NCBI GenBank assembly: GCA_050012255.1
Contig: JBEKHN010000001.1
Coordinates: 128,001-192,000 of the forward strand
Reading direction: 5' to 3'
DNA: 64,000 nt
Source: Candidatus Bathyarchaeia archaeon
GTDB taxonomy: Archaea; Thermoproteota; Bathyarchaeia; Bathyarchaeales; Bathycorpusculaceae
Within the stretch, counting starts at the first letter, position 1. The number at the start of each line of letters is the position of its first letter. Position numbers and translations under genes: made by a program. Below the pieces are notes generated by a model. That model did not search any database and was not told the DNA's origin. It saw nothing but the letters and a program-made list of their open reading frames with translations. Shown here piece after piece: positions 10,637 to 20,933 of this stretch.

Positions 10637-11008
10637 ACTCTACGGTTTTCAAGCTAGAGGCAAGATTCTAATATTGGCTTCTAAGCTTAGAAAGCTAGTT
10701 TTCTCTGAGGTGCACCCAAAGACAATGGTCAGAGCTTTGAATTGCTTAGCTCCTCAAGTAGATATCAAAAAGTGAGACAGGGTTTCAGAGTCTTTGTTAT
10801 GGCGCTGTTCCTCCGAAGATGTTTGCGAGCGCCATGGCATTCTGGTAGGACGATCCATGATGAGGTTTGGAACAAAGAAAAAGAAAGAAACAGAAACACA
10901 GCTTTTGAACAAATAGTCTAGTCTGATACGAACTGCACACCATCGATCGATACACCTTTGAGTTTTTAAGACACTTTAGCCATAGAATTTCCTGTGTGAG
11001 GGCTGCAT

Positions 11009-11344
11009 TTGAAGCAGATCTTGAAAGATTGGGGCAAGGAGCTTTGGATAGCTGAAGAAGCAGAGTATGGTGGAAAGATCCTGATAATTAGAGAAAACAA
11101 GAGCACATCTCAACATTATCATAAAGATAAGAAAGAGACAATTTACTGTTTCAAAGGCCTGGTAGACATAATATTGACTGACAAAACAGTTACACTGAGA
11201 GAAGGTGGGGACATAACGCTATTTCCAAGGACTATTCACACTATAATAGGAAAGAAAGATTCGATATTGTTTGAAGTATCAACTCCACAGTTAGCTGACA
11301 TAGTTAGAATACAGGAAAACCGAAAGAAAACAAGCAAGACCTAG
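11009..11344 (+). CDS. Cupin-domain protein (sugar-phosphate isomerase-like)
   Basis: KDWGKELWI, SQHYHKDKKET, a later His, EVSTP. Confidence 0.78.
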   Translation: MKQILKDWGKELWIAEEAEYGGKILIIRENKSTSQHYHKDKKETIYCFKGLVDIILTDKTVTLREGGDITLFPRTIHTIIGKKDSILFEVSTPQLADIVRIQENRKKTSKT

Positions 11345-11560
11345 AAACGCAGCTGTTCTGTTGAAGCCCATCGCGGCCGCTAGCATTTGCCAGGATGTAA
11401 TGGGTCTGAAAGCTTGAAGCGCACGCACAAACTATGTCCAATAACGCGCCAGTGCCGTTGTTCAGAAAAAGAAAATAGGTATTACGCGTGCCCTTCCATC
11501 TTCTATAGAAAAAGCTGATAGATTATTATATGACTGAAGAGACTAAAGAATAGAATCTCA

Positions 11561-12376
11561 ATGAATCGCAAGAATAATGACTTTGTTGAAAGGCATTATC
11601 TAGAAAAAGATAGCGATGACCTAGATTCATCGTTTCATAGTAACTCCATCTACCGTCATACATACTACGAAACAAAGTTGAAAGCTCTTGAGACTCTGGA
11701 TCTGAAAGGTCACGAAATAATTGTTGACATTGGCTGTGGCCAAGGACATCTTATGAGACTTCTGCACGAATTCCATTCGAATCTGGAAGAAATAGGAATT
11801 GACATCAATCTCAGCGATCTCAAAAAGGCTAAACAACGGAACAATAGTGACAGTTCTGAATTCATTCTGTCTGACGCATCACACTTGCCTTTCAAGAATA
11901 TGTGCTTTGACCGTGTTGTCTGCACTGCAGTCTTGGAACATGTCTCGAATGAGAAAGAAGTTCTGGATGAAATATGGCGAGCGCTGAAAGACAAAAAGAC
12001 TGCAGTCATCGACGTACCGGGAGCGTATCATCTTCAGAATAAGCTATCCGATCTTTTCATAAGAAAGCACGGTGTTTTTCCTTTCCACAGAGAGTATACA
12101 ACTGGACGCATGAAAACGATTGTTGAAGAGTCGAATTTTGAAATCGAATGCTTCACCACGGCCAGATTCATAGGCTCAATATTGTTTCCAGTAATAGAGA
12201 CCATCAGCGTGGCCGATGGAAGAAAAATCGTCTGGTGCAGGGGTCTCCTAGCGAGATTGATCTGCTGGGCGGGAGACAGAATCGGACTGTTGTGGGGAAA
12301 CAATACTTGCATGAAAACACTTGGTGGGTCGTGGTTCTTCAAAATAAAGAAAGAGGGAATGGATAACGCCCCTTAA
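11561..12376 (+). CDS. Class I SAM-dependent methyltransferase
   Basis: VDIGCGQG, DASHLPF, VLEHV, HREY. Confidence 0.85.
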   Translation: MNRKNNDFVERHYLEKDSDDLDSSFHSNSIYRHTYYETKLKALETLDLKGHEIIVDIGCGQGHLMRLLHEFHSNLEEIGIDINLSDLKKAKQRNNSDSSEFILSDASHLPFKNMCFDRVVCTAVLEHVSNEKEVLDEIWRALKDKKTAVIDVPGAYHLQNKLSDLFIRKHGVFPFHREYTTGRMKTIVEESNFEIECFTTARFIGSILFPVIETISVADGRKIVWCRGLLARLICWAGDRIGLLWGNNTCMKTLGGSWFFKIKKEGMDNAP

Positions 12377-13235
12377 GAGGCTGGTTCCTTGCTCTTTTGC
12401 TGATGGCGATCATCTGCTGCGTTTGCAGCCATTTGAGCGTTAGATCCGTAGTTTCTACGGCTTGTATTCCGCGCGCGCAACTCCTCAGAAGGCAGCTTTT
12501 TGCACCAAGCTTCGAACCTTCTTAGACTTCTGCGTTCGGCTTCGTTGAAGAGATCTGAAGAATCGGCCAGGTGACTCAAGTGTTCCTTTCTTCTTTTCGA
12601 ATCCTTCCTGACACTATGTATTCCTTTTACCGAACGTGAACGGCCTCTCGGACCTATGGATCTTCCAAAAGTTCTTCGCCTTCCTCTAATGTTGCTGACA
12701 AGATCCCGAAGCCTAGCGTCCTTCCCCATGTTTCTTATGCGATCGATTTCGCGCTTGACTCCACCGACACGGTATTTTTTGCCAGTGATTTCAGAACAAC
12801 GGCTAGTCTCACCAAGTCTTCTTGTTCCTGAGGCAACCATGGAGCGTTTTCCTCAGAAAGCCACGAAAACAACGTCTCTGTGCTTCTCGCATTCGCATGC
12901 TTTCCCCTCATCCCTCTGGAGAGTTCAGACAAAAGGTCCTCCATGTCCACCACTTTGGGCATTGCATCGCAGATAGATCGGAACTCTTCATAGTAGGCTC
13001 TGGTCTTATCATAGAGGCAAGACCACTTTCTCAAAGCGGGATCTAGACGTCCCAGTTCTTCTAAGAATATCCTTTTTCTCGCGGCGACTAGGCGCTTACT
13101 TTCCCACAGAATAGTGTCTCGGGGTTTGAGTTCCGAGAGCCATCGCTCGACAAGGTCACCTTCCTTTTTCGCGAGAACCTTGAAATCTTGAGGGCAAAGG
13201 CGAGTGCCCAAGTCACATTTCAGAATGAAGACCAT
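12373..13235 (-). pseudogene. Hypothetical gene, probably decayed
   Basis: 166-aa ORF 12735-13235 whose frame continues in protein-like sequence through several in-frame stops; no recognisable family. Confidence 0.35.
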
Positions 13236-13272
13236 GTGACATTGTCTGCGATCTGCACTTAAAAATCTAACA

Positions 13273-13572
13273 AGCGCGCATGCCTGTTCCGAAAATGGTT
13301 AAAAATGGTCTTAATTCGCCTTTTGCGATTTAGAGGCATTTTTGGGCTTCGCGTCTGTCTTCGTGCTTCTTTCAGTGCCCACGCTTCTCGAACTGTGCGG
13401 GCAGCCCGAAGGTGTTGGCCTGTGCGCTGTGATCCACTTATCGTCAACTCCCATGATTTTCCATCCTCACCACGGCTGAGACTGGCCTATCAGAGAAGCC
13501 CGAATCGGACGCAAAAAGGCAAAAGAAGAATAAAAACCATTTTTGACCAATTTAGGAACACGCATGCGCGCT
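13273..13572. repeat. 300-bp element bounded by 54-bp imperfect inverted repeats (13273-13326 / 13519-13572)
   Basis: Manual alignment gives 46/54 identity between the left arm and the reverse complement of the right arm. Confidence 0.8.
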
Positions 13573-13735
13573 GTAGTCTGATAAAGAAGTAACGGTTCGG
13601 AATAAATCCTCTACAGCATTGCAGACGCAACAACCGAGTCTAGTAATGAGGCAACTGGTGCATGATTATTTCGCTCAGCGTCATGCTTAAGTGTGTAAAG
13701 TCTTTTATTAGCCACCGAGCATATCCGATACAAAG

Positions 13736-14500
13736 GTGATCTCGGTGTTCAAACTCAAAGTAGCCGATGCCAAACTTCTGAGAGACATGATCACTTCTAT
13801 TTCCATCCTCGTAGACGAAGCCACGTTCAAGCTCGACCAGGACGGCTTGAAGCTCAGAGCGATGGATCCCTCACGAGTCGCCATGATCGACTTCGAATGG
13901 CCCAAAACCGCCTTCGAAGAGTACGTGTGCACAGAGCCGACAAAAATGTGCATCAACATAACAGAACTGCTGAAACTTCTCAAAAGAGCAGGCAAGAACG
14001 AAACAGTAGAGCTTTCTCTGGACGAAAAAACGGGGCGTCTACAAGTCGCAATGGCCGGAAAATACACACGAAACTTTACGATGCCCACGCTTGAAGCCTC
14101 AGAAGAAGAAGTGCCAACGCCGAAGATCACGTTCAACGTAAAAGCAAAGGCTACGACTGAAGGCTTGAGCCAAGCGATAGAGGACGCTCAACTCGTAAGC
14201 GACCATGTTAAGATCGAAGCAGACCCTGAAAAACTGGTTTTCAACGCGTCGGGCGACCTCATGGGTGCAACGATCACCCTGCAAAAAGGAAGCGACACGC
14301 TGCTGGACCTAGAAGCCAAGGAAGCGCAGAAAGCAACCTTCAGCCTCAGTTACCTGACAGAGATAATAAAGGCGGCATCTGCAACGTCGGACATAGCTAC
14401 GCTCGAATTCTCTTCGGACATGCCCATAAGGCTGGATTTCCAGCAGGCAAAAGAAGGAAAACTAACGTTCTTCCTAGCGCCGAGAATAGAGACAGAATGA
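13736..14500 (+). CDS. pcn: DNA sliding clamp PCNA
   Basis: LRAMDPSRVAMID, C-terminal FFLAPRIE. Confidence 0.96.
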   Translation: MISVFKLKVADAKLLRDMITSISILVDEATFKLDQDGLKLRAMDPSRVAMIDFEWPKTAFEEYVCTEPTKMCINITELLKLLKRAGKNETVELSLDEKTGRLQVAMAGKYTRNFTMPTLEASEEEVPTPKITFNVKAKATTEGLSQAIEDAQLVSDHVKIEADPEKLVFNASGDLMGATITLQKGSDTLLDLEAKEAQKATFSLSYLTEIIKAASATSDIATLEFSSDMPIRLDFQQAKEGKLTFFLAPRIETE

Positions 14501-14519
14501 GACGAAAAACGAAGAGCAG

Positions 14520-15560
14520 ATGACCACGGGAAGATTCACAAAAAGCGACCTGGCAAAATATCCTTTTCTCAAAGAAACCACGGAATACATAAAGAAACTC
14601 AATGTGAAGATTGAGGACCTAGCAAACCCTGAACTTGAAAGAGTCCTCGAACGTGCCGAAGAGAGAGTTGAAGACGCCATTTTGTACACGCTTGTTGGCA
14701 GAAAGACACGCAACGAAGAAATCGAAATTTTGTCCTTTCCAGCTGCAATAATGCTGACGGTTGCAACTGGAAATTCCTTCATCAAGAAAAGGTATGCTCT
14801 CGCCGAAGCAAAGCGGATATACGAAGACCTCAAAGAAGAAAACAGAGATCAAATTCTCGAAATCGCAACAGACTTAGGATGGAAACTGGCCCTCAGTCAA
14901 CCAAACGTGTCCCCGCTTGAATTCGCAGTAAGCTTTCAAGATTATCTGAGAAGCACAACTTATCTGCGCGACAAGAAGTGGAAACTCATCAACCGGGTCT
15001 TATCCAACGGAACCGTTTTCTTATCTAGAAACGAGACATCGAGATTGTTGAGCGAAGAAGTGCGCAGGCACATAGAAGAAAGACTAGAAGTAAAGGAACT
15101 GCCTGAGTTTCCAAAGAAAATAACGAATGTGGCAGAAAGAATAATGAAGCTCTCAGCTGAAAAGATAGGCAAGGCCGAGATAGAAGAATTTCCGAAGGTT
15201 ATGGTTCAAACAGCATTCCCACCATGCATAGCAGCGCTGTACTTGGCGTTCTCATCTGGACGCCACATCTCACACGTGGGAAGGTTCGCCTTAACCTCGT
15301 TCCTTATAAACATCGGAATGCCCTCGGAAAACGTCATTGACCTCTTCAAGAACATTTCGGACTTCAACGAAAAAATGACCCGTTACCAAGTGGAACACAT
15401 CGCCGGCGAAACAGGCTCAAGAACGCGGTACATCCCACCGCGATGTGACACTCTGCAAACACATGGCATATGCACAGACCCAGACGAGTTGTGCAGAAGA
15501 GTACGCCACCCGTTAGCTTACTACCGGATCAGGCTTAAGAGCGTTGAAAAGAGCCAGTGA
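14520..15560 (+). CDS. priL: DNA primase large subunit
   Basis: KYPFL, FPPCI, HVGRF, TRYQVEHIAG, C..C..C Fe-S ligands, HPLAYY. Confidence 0.94.
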   Translation: MTTGRFTKSDLAKYPFLKETTEYIKKLNVKIEDLANPELERVLERAEERVEDAILYTLVGRKTRNEEIEILSFPAAIMLTVATGNSFIKKRYALAEAKRIYEDLKEENRDQILEIATDLGWKLALSQPNVSPLEFAVSFQDYLRSTTYLRDKKWKLINRVLSNGTVFLSRNETSRLLSEEVRRHIEERLEVKELPEFPKKITNVAERIMKLSAEKIGKAEIEEFPKVMVQTAFPPCIAALYLAFSSGRHISHVGRFALTSFLINIGMPSENVIDLFKNISDFNEKMTRYQVEHIAGETGSRTRYIPPRCDTLQTHGICTDPDELCRRVRHPLAYYRIRLKSVEKSQ

Positions 15561-15638
15561 AAGCAGAGTAGAGTGCAGTATACCTTATATATCCAGTGCG
15601 ATAAATGAACGCTATCTTTGAAAGGTGAATAGAGACCA

Positions 15639-16382
15639 ATGTCGTCTTCGCACGTAGAAGGAAGCCTTGAGGTCAGTTCTGAAATCGGAATAATACTCCC
15701 GACGTATTGCGAAGCGGCCAACATTGAAAAGCTGATTCTTGAACTGGAGAATTCAAGCCTGAACGTCTCAATACTGGTTATCGATGATTCGAGTCCCGAC
15801 GGGACAGCCGACCTTGTCAGAAAGCTCCAGAGGAAATACAGCAACGTTTTGCTTCTCGTTAGGAGCAAGAAACTAGGACTTGGGACTGCAATTACTGACG
15901 GGTTCAGGATCTTCTTGTCGGTGAAGAAACCTCCCAAATGTATAGTTACGATGGACGCTGACTACTCACATAACCCTCAAGAGATACCCAAGCTGTTGGC
16001 TCCTATGCAAGAAGGATGCGACCTCGTTGTTGGAAGCAGGTACTGTCAAGGCGGCAGTACACGAGAGTGGAGTATAGCGCGCTTGCTAATAAGCAAGGTC
16101 GCAAACCTCATCACAAGACTGAGAGTTGAGGCCAAAATATCCGACTACACTAGCGGAATGCGCTGTTACTCCACCAAACTGGTTAGAGGAATAATAAACG
16201 ACTTGCACAGCCAGACCTATGAAATACAGATTGAAACAATAAGACTTGCCAACGTAAGAAGCTACAGAATCAAAGATGTGCCTATAACGTTCATCAGCAG
16301 AAAAAAAGGTAAGTCCAAACTGTCAATCAACGAAATAAGAGACTTCCTCACTTACATTTTCAACCTTGACCGAAAGTACTAA
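15639..16382 (+). CDS. Polyprenol-phosphate mannosyltransferase-like GT2 (DPM1 family)
   Basis: PTYCEAANI, DDSSPDGT, GLGTA, MDADYSH, GSRY. Confidence 0.88.
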   Translation: MSSSHVEGSLEVSSEIGIILPTYCEAANIEKLILELENSSLNVSILVIDDSSPDGTADLVRKLQRKYSNVLLLVRSKKLGLGTAITDGFRIFLSVKKPPKCIVTMDADYSHNPQEIPKLLAPMQEGCDLVVGSRYCQGGSTREWSIARLLISKVANLITRLRVEAKISDYTSGMRCYSTKLVRGIINDLHSQTYEIQIETIRLANVRSYRIKDVPITFISRKKGKSKLSINEIRDFLTYIFNLDRKY

Positions 16383-16417
16383 ACGTCCGGCAACCGCGAA
16401 CATTCCGCACAAAGCTT

Positions 16418-18430
16418 GTGCCAATGTGGCCAAAAGCTCGTGCATTGCCATATTCTTTGCTCGTCAAAGTGACTGAGATGGAAGATAAGAAGACAACTCT
16501 GCAAAGGCTGAGAACCGCTTGTTCTCAACTCTTGATCAAAAACTGGCCGCTTCACACTATGGTTCTCACATATGTAATACTGTTGAGCTTTGCATCCTTG
16601 GTCAAACATTATTCATTTCAGACTTCAGCTTGGGATCTGGGCATTTTTGATCAGGCATGCTATAGCACTCTGAGAGGGCGATTATTCCATTATACTCCTG
16701 AACTCTACGCGAATCCTGGCGGCTCAATTTTCGGAGTGCATTTCAGTCCAATACTCTTCGCGATTATCCCTTTGTACGCGCTTTTCCAAAACGCTGGGAC
16801 TTTACTGGTAATTCAGTCGATAGTCATTGGGGCCGGCGCTTATCCAGTTTTCTTGATTGCACAAAGAGTATTAGGAAACCGAAAATACAGCTATTTTTTT
16901 TCGCTTCTGTATCTCGTTTACCCTCACACCTACGGGGTCAACATGTTTGATTTTCATCCAGATGCCTTCTTTGTCCCGTTCACGTTATTTGCACTATACT
17001 TCTTCCTAAAGAGCAGCTGGAAGCCATACTTTGCCTTCATGTTGCTGGCCTTGTCCACGAAAGAGTTCATGCCGATTGTTTTTGCAGTCTTCGCCTTTGG
17101 AGAGTTACTGGTTTATAGACAGGAGATAATCAGTGCGCTTAAGTCCAAGAGTTACCCTTCAAACAGGGTACTCGTAGCTTTCGGAACAATTGCTGTTGCG
17201 GGATGCTGGTACATTGTGGCAAAGCTATGCATCAATTTCTTCAATCCTTCTCCTCCCCAAGGATTTGGACAAGGTTCTCCCTGGTCTATTCTGGGTGTTA
17301 ATCCCTTGGATGCAACATCTTGGATCCATCTAGGGTACTTAAACATACTGCAGGCTATTGAGTACGATCTCCAGTCCAAGCTTTTCTATCTGATCACGAT
17401 CCTTGCTCCGTTTGCATTTCTCCCTGTTTTCAAAATAAAGAGAATGTTACCCGCGCTAGTTTGGATTTTAGTAGCTTTTTTGTCAAATTACCCTCCATAC
17501 TATCAAATAGGTTACCAATACTCCGCCGTAGTTACCCCTTTCGTCATCCTTGCAGCAATAGAAGGCTTCAGCAGGATTCGATCAGTCCTCAACATAGATG
17601 CGGCAAGGGCGAACAGACTCGCTCGAAGGTTGTTTATGGTATGTGTTCTTGCGTCGCTGGTCATGACTCTTCAAACTTTGCCTTCAAACCTGCAGGTAAT
17701 AATCAGTCCGCACGATCAAAGATTAACCGCTTTAATAACGCAGATACAGAGAGATTTTCCGAATGCTTCAATTCTCACGCAGTACGATCTGTTCCCCCAT
17801 GTTTCAACGAGCTTGAATTCCTATGTTATTCCACCACTCTTCTCTGCCTTCAACAAGTCATACTATGCTGAATACGTCCAATCATTATTCAACTTGACAC
17901 CTGACTTTGTGATACTAGATCTTAATCCTGACGTGCGCACGGACGCGCTTAGAGTCACATTTATGTATGCCTTCGAAAACTTGGAAAAACTTGAGAGCTA
18001 CTATGGTCTTTACGCCTCGGTTGATGGCATCTTTGTCTACAAGCATGGATATCATGGACAACTGACGATGTATGAACCCTTCGTTTTAAGACTAAACTAC
18101 GAAACCCGCATAGTAACCAACGCAATCCTGTTTAGCAGTGTCTTTCCAAAAGGTACATACCTCGTGACCTATAAAATGAACCTTTCAAACGTCAGCAGAG
18201 AATTTGCCTGCACCATTGAGATGACTCAAGGTGTCACGATTCTGCAATCACAAGATCTATATGGAGGGAATGGCTCAGAACCGATTACCCTGGGGAATTA
18301 TACATTCACCATGAACATCGTTTCTTCGACTACCGAAGTAATGTTTTACGTGTTGAACCCTTCAACGTCAGCTGATGTGTATCTGAAATCCATTGTAGTA
18401 AGCATGGAAGGCCCGCAGGAACAAAGCTGA
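16418..18430 (+). CDS. DUF2079-family multi-pass membrane protein (putative GT-C glycosyltransferase)
   Basis: WDLGIFDQ, HFSPIL, FDFHPD and KE motifs, many TM segments; start codon uncertain. Confidence 0.8.
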   Translation: MPMWPKARALPYSLLVKVTEMEDKKTTLQRLRTACSQLLIKNWPLHTMVLTYVILLSFASLVKHYSFQTSAWDLGIFDQACYSTLRGRLFHYTPELYANPGGSIFGVHFSPILFAIIPLYALFQNAGTLLVIQSIVIGAGAYPVFLIAQRVLGNRKYSYFFSLLYLVYPHTYGVNMFDFHPDAFFVPFTLFALYFFLKSSWKPYFAFMLLALSTKEFMPIVFAVFAFGELLVYRQEIISALKSKSYPSNRVLVAFGTIAVAGCWYIVAKLCINFFNPSPPQGFGQGSPWSILGVNPLDATSWIHLGYLNILQAIEYDLQSKLFYLITILAPFAFLPVFKIKRMLPALVWILVAFLSNYPPYYQIGYQYSAVVTPFVILAAIEGFSRIRSVLNIDAARANRLARRLFMVCVLASLVMTLQTLPSNLQVIISPHDQRLTALITQIQRDFPNASILTQYDLFPHVSTSLNSYVIPPLFSAFNKSYYAEYVQSLFNLTPDFVILDLNPDVRTDALRVTFMYAFENLEKLESYYGLYASVDGIFVYKHGYHGQLTMYEPFVLRLNYETRIVTNAILFSSVFPKGTYLVTYKMNLSNVSREFACTIEMTQGVTILQSQDLYGGNGSEPITLGNYTFTMNIVSSTTEVMFYVLNPSTSADVYLKSIVVSMEGPQEQS

Positions 18431-18431
18431 G

Positions 18432-19565
18432 GTGCAAACGGTGAGACATCCGAAAATAGCCATCGTAGCAAAAAGCATGCTCATAGGGTACGGTGTCGAT
18501 GAAATAGTCAATTTCCTATCTAAAGAGCTTTCGCGGCATGGATATGATATTACAGTGCTCGCAAACAAGAACGAATACTCAGATCGTGGTTATAAAACAA
18601 TAGCGTACAATGTAGCTACTTTGCCTTTTGCGAATGAATTCTGGAACGACCATTTCTTGACAGATTTTCGTTCTTACGCCCCTTTGGCCAACATCTTGGA
18701 CGACTACGATATAATCGTAACCGTTGATCCCATGCACATAGTAGGCGCTTTGGCCAAGATACGGTTACAGAAAAAGGTGATAATGTACTATTTCGGAGTG
18801 CCGCCCCCGAAGATCTTGGACTCTTTTGAAAGAAAAACAGAATCCCTCAGGCAAACCATCCTGTGGAATCTCTCCTTCTTTTTCTGCGACTGCTTGATGT
18901 CCAACAGTCTTTACACAAGAAAATCTCTCCCTTCGTATCTAGAAAAAAGAACGATCGTGAACTACCACGGTATCGAGCATCTTGTCTGCCATGACCATGA
19001 AAAAGCTACCAAACTCAGAGAAGAACTCGACATCAACGACAAGCTTTTGATTTTGTCTGTTGGCCGATTTTCCACTCCTTACAAGGGAATGGCCGAGATC
19101 GCAAGAATTTTTAATGCTGTTCAGAAAAAAAACCATGCCGTTGTTCTCTTGCTGGTTGGTAGAGGCTCAATTCATAGCTTAGGAATTCGGAGTCCCATGG
19201 AGAATGTGAAAACATTGTCGAACATACCTATCGAGACACTGAAGCTCTGCTATGCAGCCTGCGATATCTACTGCACGTGCTCAAAATGGGAAGGCTTTGA
19301 TTTGCCAGTGGTTGCTGCCCAAGCAAACGGAAAGCCTGTTATCGCTTATAACGTTGGTGCCCACCGAGAAGTGGTGTTGAATGAGAAAACTGGGTTTCTT
19401 GTCGAGAACACGTCAGAGTTCCTTCTTCGTCTGCGTTCGCTAGTTGACGATACTGAGCTGCGCAGAAGAATTGGACGTAGAGGAAGGATTGCGGCGCAAA
19501 GGTTCACTTGGAAAGAAAGTGTCAAGAGGTTCGAAAAAGCAATTGACATTGCCTACTCGAAATGA
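18432..19565 (+). CDS. Glycosyltransferase family 4
   Basis: VGRF..YKG and WEGFDLPVVAAQANGKPVI. Confidence 0.88.
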   Translation: MQTVRHPKIAIVAKSMLIGYGVDEIVNFLSKELSRHGYDITVLANKNEYSDRGYKTIAYNVATLPFANEFWNDHFLTDFRSYAPLANILDDYDIIVTVDPMHIVGALAKIRLQKKVIMYYFGVPPPKILDSFERKTESLRQTILWNLSFFFCDCLMSNSLYTRKSLPSYLEKRTIVNYHGIEHLVCHDHEKATKLREELDINDKLLILSVGRFSTPYKGMAEIARIFNAVQKKNHAVVLLLVGRGSIHSLGIRSPMENVKTLSNIPIETLKLCYAACDIYCTCSKWEGFDLPVVAAQANGKPVIAYNVGAHREVVLNEKTGFLVENTSEFLLRLRSLVDDTELRRRIGRRGRIAAQRFTWKESVKRFEKAIDIAYSK

Positions 19566-19588
19566 GGCTCGGTTGATCCAGGATTAGT

Positions 19589-20596
19589 TCAAGCCCACTC
19601 TCTTGTTATCGGGTGTTTCATCGTATTGAGCCAGAGGGAGAGCTCAAGGCTCCCGTTGTACATATGTCTCTGAATTTCTCCATCATCAATCTTTCTTTGG
19701 GCTTGTATTGAAAGCCTCTTTTTCCATGTTTTTTTGAACATGTTCAAGTTCCAGGCGAAGCTATCGAACACCGCAAGTTTTTCACGCATGCCTCTACCGT
19801 TCAGAAGAAGCCATACCCCTACCAAGCCTTTCAACATTAGTAATTTCGGACCTAGCTTCGCAAGGGTTTTCGAGTTGTAGTTCTTGAGCATTGTTGTTAG
19901 CCAGTAGCGCTCCATAAACGGCACCATCTCACCGTTTGATGCATGCCATTCATGGTAGATTCTGGAACTTGGAACATAGAAAATTCTATACCCTTTTAGT
20001 CTCGCCCGCCAACACCAGTCTAAGTCCTCTCCGTAAAGAAAATACTCCTCATCGAACGATCCGACGTCTTCCCATGCACTCTTGCTAATAACAATCGCAG
20101 CGCAATTGGCATAGAAGACTTCCTCGACCTTCTCGTATTGACCATTATCTGTCTCTCCATTTCCACGGTTCCAGCCTGAACCGTATATGTCGCATTTACC
20201 TCCTGCAGCATTTATCTCTTTTCTGTCCCGAACAAAAAGCATTTTAGGCGTGACCGCTGAGACCTCCCTGTTATTAACGATGTAAGGCATCAGTCTTCTC
20301 AACCATTCTGGCTCCACGGTCACATCGTTGTTCATAAGAACCATAAAATCGTTTTCAATTTTCTGCAAGCCAATGTTGTATGCCTTGGCGAAACCGTGAT
20401 TTCTATCATATTTTATTGTCTTTACTTGAGGATACCGCTCTTTCACAGAGTCCAATGAGCCATCGCTGGAGGCGTTGTCAATCACGATTACCTTGAACCG
20501 GGGATAATCCATTTTGAAAATTGAGTCCAAGCATCTGTGAATGTGTTTTTTCCCATTATAGTTTAGTACTACTATCGTGACTTCTGGAAAATCCAT
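19589..20596 (-). CDS. Glycosyltransferase family 2
   Basis: VVLNYNG, DNASSDGS, NND, FLYGEDLDWCWR; ATG at 20596 preferred. Confidence 0.9.
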   Translation of the reverse strand: MDFPEVTIVVLNYNGKKHIHRCLDSIFKMDYPRFKVIVIDNASSDGSLDSVKERYPQVKTIKYDRNHGFAKAYNIGLQKIENDFMVLMNNDVTVEPEWLRRLMPYIVNNREVSAVTPKMLFVRDRKEINAAGGKCDIYGSGWNRGNGETDNGQYEKVEEVFYANCAAIVISKSAWEDVGSFDEEYFLYGEDLDWCWRARLKGYRIFYVPSSRIYHEWHASNGEMVPFMERYWLTTMLKNYNSKTLAKLGPKLLMLKGLVGVWLLLNGRGMREKLAVFDSFAWNLNMFKKTWKKRLSIQAQRKIDDGEIQRHMYNGSLELSLWLNTMKHPITREWA

Positions 20597-20933
20597 ATTG
20601 CCACGGTCAGCCTCTTGAAACGTGGGCTCGTTTAATATGCTTTCAACCATGGATCTCCCGTCATTTCGAACGGCTAGTGAACAGTTTCCGACCCTACTAA
20701 ACTGTGCTGCATTTCCTTTTCTTGCTTTAGTCATTTAAACCTATTCCCTATTTCTCAAACGTCCGCTTAAAGCGCAAGTCCAACTCGAAAACATTTCATC
20801 CGACGCACTTAACGCGGTGCTATTAGTCATGCAGCAGGCGATGGACATTTTTCGCGGATTTTACCACTGAAGTCCGTGTTTTGACTGTATTCGATGCGCA
20901 CCCAAGAATATCTTCTCAGAAGAAGAGTTTTAA

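Noticed and set aside
10679-10692. 14-bp palindrome TTCTAAGCTTAGAA sharing TTCTA/TAGAA arms with 30873-30890
   Set aside because: Spacer lengths differ and the arms are short; could be chance or simple terminator hairpins
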